Source: Treponemataceae bacterium (GTDB taxonomy: Bacteria; Spirochaetota; Spirochaetia; Treponematales; Rectinemataceae). From it: 64,000 nucleotides of DNA. The notes under the pieces were generated by a model that worked only from the letters and a program-made list of their open reading frames with translations, searched no databases and had not been told where the DNA came from. Of this stretch, positions 56,612 through 64,000 are shown one piece after another (positions within the stretch are counted from its first letter, which is position 1; each line of letters opens with the position of its first letter). The position numbers were made by a program, and so were the translations under genes. The stretch covers positions 1,408,001-1,472,000 of the forward strand of contig CAXXVZ010000003.1 of NCBI GenBank assembly GCA_963678065.2. Reading direction: 5' to 3'.

Positions 56612-57060
56612 TTACCGGTAATCCGAAACAAAGGAAACGTCAGAGAGTTCGATCCCCGTCGGGTTGTTCCCGTCGCGCAGGATTTCGATGGTGCCTGTTC
56701 CAGCCGGCACGTCCACCTTGATCTCGCGGCCGCCCGAGGGGCCCCACCCTCCGTCTTCGACGATCTCGAAAATCCGCTCGACCGCACCCATTCTCACGCG
56801 GAATCTATTGCTCGTCTGCTGTGCCCCTGCGGCTGGTCATTCCAGGCCTTGAATCCGAGGAAGCCGCCCTCCGTCGTCGGCAGGTGGACGATGCCGCCCG
56901 TCCATCCGTGGTACTTCCGACCCGTATTCTTCCCGGTGAATATCCTGCCGACCTCGATGACGGGAGTTCCGATATCGCGGGTTCGCGTCACCGAGAAACC
57001 GCCGGGAAGGGGACGGTAGCCGTCGGAAAAGCGAAGCTCGGATATCTCGGGAGGGCGGCG
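56612..57060 (-). pseudogene. Possible frameshifted gene remnant downstream of oppF
   Basis: Two consecutive minus-strand frames with protein-like beta-rich text; no clear start. Confidence 0.25.
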
Positions 57061-57061
57061 T

Positions 57062-58066
57062 TCAGGCGAAGTGGCAAGCGGCCCGGTGATCCGAGCCGAG
57101 ATCCCGGAGCTCGGGGATGCCGCCCGTCCTGCAGCGCTCTGACGCCTTCGGACATCGCGGCTCGAAGGGGCAGCCGGGGGGAGTCCACATCGGGCTCGGG
57201 GGCTCGCCGCGCAGGTCACAGGCAAGCGCGCGCTTCACGGCTGGATCCCAGCTGGGCGCGGACGCGAGGAGGGCTTCCGTGTAGGGGTGTCGCGGGTTCC
57301 CGAAGAGCTCCGCGGCAAAGCCTTCCTCGACCGTCCGGCCGAGATACATGACCGCGATCCTGTCGCTGACGTAGCGGACCAGCTCGAGGTTGTGGGAAAT
57401 GAAAAGGTAGGCGAGCCCCTCTGAACGCTGAATTTCGGTGAGAAGGTTGACGACCTGACTCTGGACCGAGACGTCCAGGGCGCTCGTCGGTTCGTCGCAG
57501 ACGATGAGGCGCGGTTTCAGCACGAGTGCCCGCGCGATCGCTATCCTCTGCCTCTGTCCGCCGGAAAACTCGTGAGGATAGCGGCCGAGGGCGTCCGCGT
57601 GCAGGCCGACCCGCGCAAGATAGTTCTCGAGCAGCCCGCGCGTCGCGCCCCTGGCCTTCGGAGAAGCAAAGGCGAGCCCGTGAGCCTCGAGCGGCTCGCG
57701 GAGGACCTCCTCGACGGTCATTCGCGGGTCGAGGGAGCCATAGGGGTCCTGGAATATCATCTGCACGTCGCGCCTGAAGGCGAGCTCTTCCCTGCGGTCG
57801 AGTCGCCTGAGCACGTTTCCGGAGCTTCCGCCTCGCGGAGTGTACTCGAGACTGCCCTCCCCGTCGTGGATCCTCGCGACGATGCGGCCCAGAGTCGTCT
57901 TGCCGCATCCGGACTCGCCCACGATGCCCAGGGTCTCGCCTTCATGGATGCGAAAATCGAAATGGTCGAGCGCCTTGAGCCAGCCGACTGTCTTCATGAA
58001 GACGCCGCGCCTGACAGGATAGTGTTTTCTCAGTCCGGCGCCCTCGAGTATGACGGCTCCCCTCAT
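57062..58066 (-). CDS. Opp/Dpp ABC ATPase (OppF-like)
   Basis: GESGCGKTT, FQDPYGSL, YPHEFSGGQRQR, DEPTSALD, GCPFEPRC. Confidence 0.9.
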   Translation of the reverse strand: MRGAVILEGAGLRKHYPVRRGVFMKTVGWLKALDHFDFRIHEGETLGIVGESGCGKTTLGRIVARIHDGEGSLEYTPRGGSSGNVLRRLDRREELAFRRDVQMIFQDPYGSLDPRMTVEEVLREPLEAHGLAFASPKARGATRGLLENYLARVGLHADALGRYPHEFSGGQRQRIAIARALVLKPRLIVCDEPTSALDVSVQSQVVNLLTEIQRSEGLAYLFISHNLELVRYVSDRIAVMYLGRTVEEGFAAELFGNPRHPYTEALLASAPSWDPAVKRALACDLRGEPPSPMWTPPGCPFEPRCPKASERCRTGGIPELRDLGSDHRAACHFA

Positions 58067-59127
58067 GCCACTCCTCCCTGGTACAGCCAGCAGGCGACCT
58101 CCCTCAGGCGGGGACCTGCGCCTTCCGCAGCTTGTCCTTCTGATGTCGGGATCGGCCCGTCTGCGGCCGATCCGATACATCCGCCCGAGCTATCCAGGGC
58201 GGCGAGCGGAGGCTCATCGCGGCGGCACCGTTCGCCCGCACGCAGGCAGCGCGGAGAAAAGCGGCAGCCCTGAGGAAGATCGAGAAGTTTTGGCACCGTT
58301 CCCGGTATGGAGGGAAGCGAATCTTTGCTCGACTCGCGCCTGATCCGCGAGGCCAGAAGTCCCGCGCCGTAAGGATGGAGAGGCCCCGGATTCCCGAAGA
58401 ACTCCCCGACAGTCGCTTTTTCGACGATGCGCCCCGCATACATCAGATGAACCCGGTCGGCCATCTCGGCGACGATCCCGAGATCGTGGGTGATGAAGAG
58501 AACGCCAGTCCCCCTCCTGAGACAGAGGTCCCGGATAAGCCTGAGCACCTGCGCCTGGATGGTGACATCGAGGGCCGTGGTCGGCTCGTCCGCTACAAGC
58601 AGCGTCGGTTCGTTCATGAGGGCGATCGCGATGAGGACGCGCTGGAGCATGCCGCCCGAGAGCCTGTGCGGATAATCGCGCAGACGGATCTCCGGATCAG
58701 GAATACCGACGGAGCGGAGAGACTCCACCGCCATCCGCTCCGCCTCGGCCCGTACAGCCTTCGCCGCGTGGGCGAGCCGGGCATCGACCATCTGCCCGCC
58801 TATCGTCGCGAGGGGATCGAAGGCCGACATCGGCTCCTGGAAGATCATGGCCATGGCTCCGCCGCGAAGCGAGGCCCGACGTTCCGGCCTGGCCTGTGAC
58901 AGATCCTCGCCGCGGAACAGGATACTGCCGGACTGGCTCACCCTGGAACCGGAATAGAGCCCCATGATACTGCGCGCGGTCACGCTTTTCCCGCAGCCGG
59001 ATTCGCCCACGAGCGCGAGCGTCTCCCCGGCCGCGAGCGAGAGCGAGATGCCGTCTACAGCCCGGACCTTGCCCTCAGGAGTCCTGAAAGAGGTCGCGAG
59101 ATCCCGGACATCGAGAAGAGTCTCCAC
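58063..59127 (-). CDS. Opp/Dpp ABC ATPase (OppD-like)
   Basis: GESGCGKS, YPHRLSGGM, DEPTTALDVTIQ, GCRFSPRC. Confidence 0.9.
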   Translation of the reverse strand: METLLDVRDLATSFRTPEGKVRAVDGISLSLAAGETLALVGESGCGKSVTARSIMGLYSGSRVSQSGSILFRGEDLSQARPERRASLRGGAMAMIFQEPMSAFDPLATIGGQMVDARLAHAAKAVRAEAERMAVESLRSVGIPDPEIRLRDYPHRLSGGMLQRVLIAIALMNEPTLLVADEPTTALDVTIQAQVLRLIRDLCLRRGTGVLFITHDLGIVAEMADRVHLMYAGRIVEKATVGEFFGNPGPLHPYGAGLLASRIRRESSKDSLPSIPGTVPKLLDLPQGCRFSPRCLRAGERCRRDEPPLAALDSSGGCIGSAADGPIPTSEGQAAEGAGPRLREVACWLYQGGVA

Positions 59128-59128
59128 C

Positions 59129-60277
59129 TCAGGCCTCCAGCTTGTCGACCGTTCCGTATGGGTCGAGCGCGTCGCGGGCCGCGTCGCCCACGAAATTGAA
59201 AGAGAGGACGGCCGCCATGATGAAGAGCCCGGGCACGAGGAGCCAGGGATGACTCTGGATCGCGTCGATCGACTGGGCCTGCTTCAGGAGGAGCCCCCAG
59301 CTCGTCATGGGTTCCTTGATTCCGAGCCCGAGGAAGCTGATCGTGCTCTCGCCCAGTATCATGCCGGGAACGGAGAGCGTGGCGACCACGACGAGATAGC
59401 CGGCCGTGTTCGGGATGATGTGCCTGAGGACAATCTTGAACGGCCTCCTTCCGGCGGCCTTCGCCGCGAGGACATATTCTTTCTCGCGCAGGGAGAGGGC
59501 CATGCCCCGGACGACGCGGGCGACGCCCATCCAGCCTATGAAAGACAGGACAATGACGATGCCGAAATACAGGGCAGTGCTCGGCCAGGTCGGCGGAATG
59601 ATGACTGCGAGGGCGAGCCAGAGCGGGATGCGGGGAAAGGAGCGCAGGATCTCTATCGATCGCTGGATGAGGACGTCGACCCAGCCTCCATAGAACCCCG
59701 AGAGTGCCCCGACGACGGCGCCGATGGCGACGGAGAGCACTGTCCCCACGACGCCGGCAGTCAGAGATACCCGGCTCCCGTACAGTATCCGCGAGAAGAG
59801 ATCCCGCCCGAACTGATCGCCTCCGAAGATGTACAGCACCGCGGGCGAATCCGCGCCGAGCCCGAAGAGGTGGATGTCCGCCCTGAACAGCCCGAAGACG
59901 GAGTATTCGTCGCCCCGGACGAAGAGCCCGATGCGGTGTGGCGTCGAGCGGTCCTCGCCGTACTCGAGGCGGAAGGTCACCGGATTGCGCGTCTTGCCGA
60001 GTCCGTACACGAAGGGGCCGATAAACCGGCCTTCGTGGATGAAGTGGATCCTGGAAGGAGCCGCGTAAAGGTAGCCTTCATTCGAGCTCGAGAACGCATA
60101 GGGAGCGACGAAATCAGCCAGCAGAGCGCCTGCGTAGAGCAGGCCGAGGACGACGAGGCCGACCCGGCCAAGTTTGTGCCGGGAAAAGGCCACAAGGGCG
60201 CGGTTCGTCTTTCTCCCGCCTCCGTGGCCGGGGGCCTTCTTCCCGCCGCCTGCGTGAACGGTATCCGGAGTGTCCAT
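59129..60277 (-). CDS. Opp/Dpp ABC permease (OppC-like)
   Basis: [48 protein letters not shown]. Confidence 0.9.
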   Translation of the reverse strand: MDTPDTVHAGGGKKAPGHGGGRKTNRALVAFSRHKLGRVGLVVLGLLYAGALLADFVAPYAFSSSNEGYLYAAPSRIHFIHEGRFIGPFVYGLGKTRNPVTFRLEYGEDRSTPHRIGLFVRGDEYSVFGLFRADIHLFGLGADSPAVLYIFGGDQFGRDLFSRILYGSRVSLTAGVVGTVLSVAIGAVVGALSGFYGGWVDVLIQRSIEILRSFPRIPLWLALAVIIPPTWPSTALYFGIVIVLSFIGWMGVARVVRGMALSLREKEYVLAAKAAGRRPFKIVLRHIIPNTAGYLVVVATLSVPGMILGESTISFLGLGIKEPMTSWGLLLKQAQSIDAIQSHPWLLVPGLFIMAAVLSFNFVGDAARDALDPYGTVDKLEA

Positions 60278-60291
60278 GGTTTCCTTAATCT

Positions 60292-61260
60292 TCAGCTCAT
60301 CCTGATCCGCGGATCGAGGAGGGCGAGAGCGAGATCGGCGAAAAGATTGCCGATCTGGGTGATGAAGGCTATCAGCATGAGGAAGGCCATCACGAGATAC
60401 TGATCCCCATTGAGGAGGGCCTCGTAGAAGAAGGGGCCCATGGTCGGCAGGCCCAGCACGATCGAGGCCGTTATGGTTCCCGAAAAAACTTCGGGCAGCT
60501 GCATGCCCGCGATGCTGACCATCGGATTGATGGCGTTCTTCAGGACCCGCGAACGGACTTTCCGCTCGGACAGGCCCCGCGCCCGCAGGGACTCGACGAA
60601 GGGCGCCCCCACGGCGTCGAGATAGTTGCCCCGCATGACGCGCATGAGCGATGCCACTCCCGCGGCGCCGACGACGAGGACGGGGACCCAGATGTGGCCC
60701 AGAAGGTCCAAGAATTTGGCTATCGACCAGGGCGCCCCGACGAAGCGGTTGGAGAAGAGCCCGCCGACACTCGTGGCGCCAGCGGACACGAGGGCGAACA
60801 TGATGAGGAGGGCGAGAAAAAAGTCGGGCACCGAGATGCCGAGGAAGGCCATTCCCGTGAGGGCATAGTCTCCGGGACTGCGGGGCCTCGTCGCCGAGTA
60901 GACCCCCAGGGGCACAGCGAGAAGCCACTGGAAGACGACGGCGAGGAGGGCTATGCCGATGGTCCAGCCCATGCGCTCGCCGATGAGGTCGACGACGGGC
61001 CTCTTGTAGGCGAAGGACCAGCCGAAGTCCCCCCGTCCGACGATGCCGCCCATCCACATGAGGTAGCGCTCGGCGGGGCTCTTGTCGAGCGAGAGCTGAG
61101 CGCGGATCACGCGTATCTGCTCCGCGGAGATGTCGGGATTGTTGAGGAACTGGGAGGCGTAGTCGCCCGGCTGAAGCTCGACAACCGTGAAACAGACGAC
61201 TGAGATGACCAGCATCATGGGTATCATGATGAGGATGCGGCGGATGGAGAATGAGAACAT
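60292..61260 (-). CDS. Opp/Dpp ABC permease (OppB-like)
   Basis: LQPGD, GDFGWS, SVPDFF, RARGL, DPRI. Confidence 0.9.
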   Translation of the reverse strand: MFSFSIRRILIMIPMMLVISVVCFTVVELQPGDYASQFLNNPDISAEQIRVIRAQLSLDKSPAERYLMWMGGIVGRGDFGWSFAYKRPVVDLIGERMGWTIGIALLAVVFQWLLAVPLGVYSATRPRSPGDYALTGMAFLGISVPDFFLALLIMFALVSAGATSVGGLFSNRFVGAPWSIAKFLDLLGHIWVPVLVVGAAGVASLMRVMRGNYLDAVGAPFVESLRARGLSERKVRSRVLKNAINPMVSIAGMQLPEVFSGTITASIVLGLPTMGPFFYEALLNGDQYLVMAFLMLIAFITQIGNLFADLALALLDPRIRMS

Positions 61261-61306
61261 CGGGGCTGACCTCGTAGGGGACAAGCTGAACGCGCCGCGA
61301 ACCGGA

Positions 61307-61343
61307 CAGGGAAGGGGCAGCCGCCTCGGGCCACCCTTCCCTG
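61307..61343 (-). terminator. Stem-loop between oppA and oppB
   Basis: CAGGGAAGGG...CCCTTCCCTG 10-bp stem. Confidence 0.5.
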
Positions 61344-61371
61344 CCACGGTCGGGCGTCTTTCGTCACTCGA

Positions 61372-63156
61372 TCACTTGTTGAAAACGGTGTAGGGCGTGT
61401 AGACGAGGACTCCAGCCTGGTTCTGGTAGAAGTTGCCTATCTTCTTGCTGGCGCCGTAGAGGTTCATGCCCTTGCAGACGAAGATCACGGGGGTCTGGTC
61501 GGCCATTATCTCCTGGTAGCGGTCGTACAGAGCCTTGCGCTTGGCCTGGTCGAGCTCGCGCATGCCGTCCTCGAAGATGTCGTAGAGTTCTTTCTCGCAG
61601 GGCTCGAGCACCTTCATGTCGACTTTGTCGTCGGGGCCGATCGTCGAGAGTTTCCAGTAATACAAGTGGGTTCCCGGCTGGTAAATCCCCTTGCGGAGAT
61701 GCGGATCGGGCTGGTTGCCGAAGGCGCGGAATCCGACCTCGAAGTCGCTCGCGTTGAGCCTCTGCCCCTGGAGGTTGGAGTCGATGATCTGTGGCTCGGC
61801 CTTGACGCCGATCTTCTTGAGCTCGGCCGTCCAGAGCATCGCCGTGCCCTGGTGCTCCGTGGTCCCTCCGACGAGGGCGACGAACTCGAGGGGCTTGCCG
61901 GAGGGCAGCTCCCGCCAGCCGTCGCCGTTCGTGTCCTTGAGGCCGAGCTTGTCGAGGATGGCCTTGGCCTTGGCGATGTCGTAGGGCCTGCGGATCTTCT
62001 CGATCTTGGGATTGTAGAAAGCCTTGTTCGAGGGGAGGACGGGGGTACCGCCAAGGACGGCGAGCCCGTTGTAGACCTGATCGATCACCTTGTTCCTGTC
62101 GAGGGCGTACTCCATGGCGTTGCGGAAATCCTTGTTGCGGAAGAGGGTCTTCAGCTCGGGATTCTTGGCGTCCTGGTTGAAGGCGATGTGGAGCGGAGAG
62201 GGCGTCGGCTGGTTCGGCTCCGTGCGGAAGATCACGAAGGGTCCGCCCGCGAGCTCCTTCTCCTTGAGGCTCGGGAACTGGGCCGTGGTGACCGAATCCG
62301 TGTAGTCGATCTCGCCGGTCTGGAACTTGAGCATGGCGGCCTCGGCGTCCTTCACGATGAGGTACTCGAGACTATCGACGTAGGGCAGGAGGTTCCCGGC
62401 CTTGTCGACGCGCCAGGAGTAGGGGTTGCGCTTGAGCACGACTTTCTGGTCCACGGTGTACTTGTCGAGGATGAAGGGGCCGGTGCCGGGGAGCTTGGCG
62501 GGGTCCATGTCGGTCGTGAGGATCTTGTTCACCGAACCGGGGTCGGCCTTGTTGATGAGGCCCTCGACGGCGTGCTTCGGGTAGATGCGCACGTTCGTGA
62601 GCGAGCGGAACAGAGTTCCGACCGGCGCGGGCAGGACGACTTTGACGGTCTTCGCGTCGACCTTGACGAAGTCGAAGGGTTTCCCGTCCACGGAATACTC
62701 CATGGCGTTGTTTCCGTTGGCGTTCTTGTTCATCACGAAGCTGTCGAACGTGAATACGACATCGTCGGCGGTGAAGGGCTTCCCGTCCGACCAGGTCACG
62801 TCGCGGAGCTTGAAAATGACTTCGTTGCCCTTGACTTCCCAGCTCTTCGCGAGGGCGGGCTCGATCTCCATGGTGACGGGATTGTTCTCGACGAGACAGT
62901 CGAGGAAGTTGTAGATGACGGTGTAGGAGGCGTTGTCGATTACACCGTAGAAGAGCCAGGACTGCGGAGAACCGGCGAGCCTGAGGGTCAGCGGACCGCC
63001 GCGGTTCGGAGCCTTGTCGGCCGTGAAATAGTCGGCGATTACCTTGGGTTCGGTCGTATTGACCTTGAGCTTGGCTGAGGCCGCGGGCCTGGTCTGTCCG
63101 AACGCGATGCCCGTCATTGTCAGGATGACGAGCGCAAGAATCAGTAACCTCTTCAT
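61372..63156 (-). CDS. Family-5 (OppA-like) solute-binding protein
   Basis: Signal peptide; PALAKSWE, LRDVTWSDGKPFTADDV, PGTGPF, RNPY.W..D..GN.LPY.D. Confidence 0.9.
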   Translation of the reverse strand: MKRLLILALVILTMTGIAFGQTRPAASAKLKVNTTEPKVIADYFTADKAPNRGGPLTLRLAGSPQSWLFYGVIDNASYTVIYNFLDCLVENNPVTMEIEPALAKSWEVKGNEVIFKLRDVTWSDGKPFTADDVVFTFDSFVMNKNANGNNAMEYSVDGKPFDFVKVDAKTVKVVLPAPVGTLFRSLTNVRIYPKHAVEGLINKADPGSVNKILTTDMDPAKLPGTGPFILDKYTVDQKVVLKRNPYSWRVDKAGNLLPYVDSLEYLIVKDAEAAMLKFQTGEIDYTDSVTTAQFPSLKEKELAGGPFVIFRTEPNQPTPSPLHIAFNQDAKNPELKTLFRNKDFRNAMEYALDRNKVIDQVYNGLAVLGGTPVLPSNKAFYNPKIEKIRRPYDIAKAKAILDKLGLKDTNGDGWRELPSGKPLEFVALVGGTTEHQGTAMLWTAELKKIGVKAEPQIIDSNLQGQRLNASDFEVGFRAFGNQPDPHLRKGIYQPGTHLYYWKLSTIGPDDKVDMKVLEPCEKELYDIFEDGMRELDQAKRKALYDRYQEIMADQTPVIFVCKGMNLYGASKKIGNFYQNQAGVLVYTPYTVFNK

Positions 63157-63193
63157 GCGAAAACCTCCTTATTATGTGAAGACCGATGAGGTT

Positions 63194-63222
63194 ATTATCA
63201 TCCCGCTTTTTCAAATTGGCAA
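63194..63222 (-). promoter_or_regulatory. Putative oppA promoter
   Basis: TTGCCA-17 bp-GATAAT in an A/T-rich intergenic region. Confidence 0.4.
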
Positions 63223-63275
63223 TTCAAATCTTCGGCTCTTTTGGGGTTTTTGTGAAAAAACATTTCATGAGGCGA

Positions 63276-64000
63276 CTATTTCTTCCTGGCGCCTGTCCTG
63301 ATCTTCATGCGTATTCCGTCCGTCAGCTTGGGCAGGAGGATGGCCACCACGAGCAGCACGCCCGTGATGATGTTCATGACCTTGCCGGGAATATTGAGCA
63401 CGGCCATGCCGAACTTCAGGAAGCCGAGAAGGAAGATCGAGATGATCACGCCTCCGATGTTCCCCTTTCCGCCGGTGATGGCCACGCCGCCGAGGACGAC
63501 GGCCGTGATGACGTCGAGTTCCCATCCGGAGGCGATGTTCGGCCTCGTCGACCCGATGCGCGAGGTGAGAAGGATCGCCGCGAGCCCCGAGAGAAGTCCG
63601 GTGGCGGTGAAGACGATGAGCCTGACTCTCTCCACGGGAACGCCGGAGAACTTAGCGGCGGTCTTGTTGTTGCCTATGGCGTAGGCGTAGCGCCCGAAGC
63701 TCGTCCGGTTGAGCACGATCGCCGCTACAAGGGCGACGAGGGCGAAAACCAGGAGCTCGAAGGGGACTATGCTCTTTCCGAGGTATCCCTGACCGAAGTA
63801 CGCGAAGCTCTCCGGGTACTTCGTGTAGGCCTGGTCGCCCAGCACCGCGTTCGCGATGCCGCGGAAGAGCGAGGTCGAGCCGAGGGTCACGGCGATGGAG
63901 GGTATATCCAGCTTCGTGATGAGGAGTCCGTTGAAAAGACCAGCCGCGAGCCCGACGCCGAGTCCTATGAGAACGATGGCCGTCGTGTCCGCTCCCCCGG
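63276..64000 (-). CDS. CUT2 ABC permease, RhaQ (L-rhamnose)-like, 5'-truncated by window edge
   Basis: GLFNG..IPSIAVTLG, GRY.YAIGNN..AA..SG, GSTRPNIASGWELDVIT.VVLGG. Confidence 0.8.
   Translation of the reverse strand, partial: GGADTTAIVLIGLGVGLAAGLFNGLLITKLDIPSIAVTLGSTSLFRGIANAVLGDQAYTKYPESFAYFGQGYLGKSIVPFELLVFALVALVAAIVLNRTSFGRYAYAIGNNKTAAKFSGVPVERVRLIVFTATGLLSGLAAILLTSRIGSTRPNIASGWELDVITAVVLGGVAITGGKGNIGGVIISIFLLGFLKFGMAVLNIPGKVMNIITGVLLVVAILLPKLTDGIRMKIRTGARKK

Noticed and set aside
32..63684. Numerous long overlapping or antisense ORFs in the six-frame track (e.g. 20634-21935 -, 35921-37354 -, 58964-60403 +, 61666-63078 +)
   Set aside because: Shadow ORFs expected from high GC3 codon bias; no family motifs, and each overlaps a well-supported gene

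Overview
GC-rich bacterial chromosome segment; signal-peptide style and gene content tentatively suggest a free-living spirochaete, which is an inference only. (1) 1-12.4 kb: anaerobic purine/urate-catabolism-type operon with ygfK (5'-truncated), ssnA, ygeY, two fold-type-II PLP enzymes, an amidohydrolase, ygfM and xdhD; ygeW lies 42 kb away at 54.2 kb. (2) 12.4-13.4 kb: a RAYT/Y1 HUH transposase with REP-like repeats, enclosed by arms resembling a degenerate integron attC and followed by a 7-codon Mrr-like stub. (3) 13.3-23.6 kb: sugar-acid catabolic cluster (SDR, Eda, DgoD-like dehydratase, lactonase, YesMN-type two-component system, CUT1 ABC importer). (4) 23.7-27 kb: ABC-2 exporter with a BmrR-like MerR regulator and a MerR-type promoter, plus an orphan gene. 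(5) 27.3-35.4 kb: LacI-associated ABC importer, IlvD-family dehydratase, 2-hydroxyacid dehydrogenase and DHDPS-family aldolase. (6) 35.8-52.8 kb: a 15-gene co-directional cluster with a DegT aminotransferase, three UroD-fold proteins, an Ldh_2 dehydrogenase, an ABC importer, a sialidase-like BNR protein, a NanA-like lyase, a deacetylase-fold hypothetical, PocR-AraC, NagB-like, PIG-L and Gfo/Idh/MocA genes. I cannot map this cluster to a known pathway; it is the best candidate for an undescribed system, possibly catabolism of a diacetamido nonulosonic acid or amino-deoxy sugar. (7) 52.8-64 kb: lysA, ygeW, an aldo/keto reductase, an Opp-type ABC importer and a partial RhaQ-like permease. No rRNA, tRNA or CRISPR array was recognised. 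All calls rest on motifs read by eye; no database searches were run.
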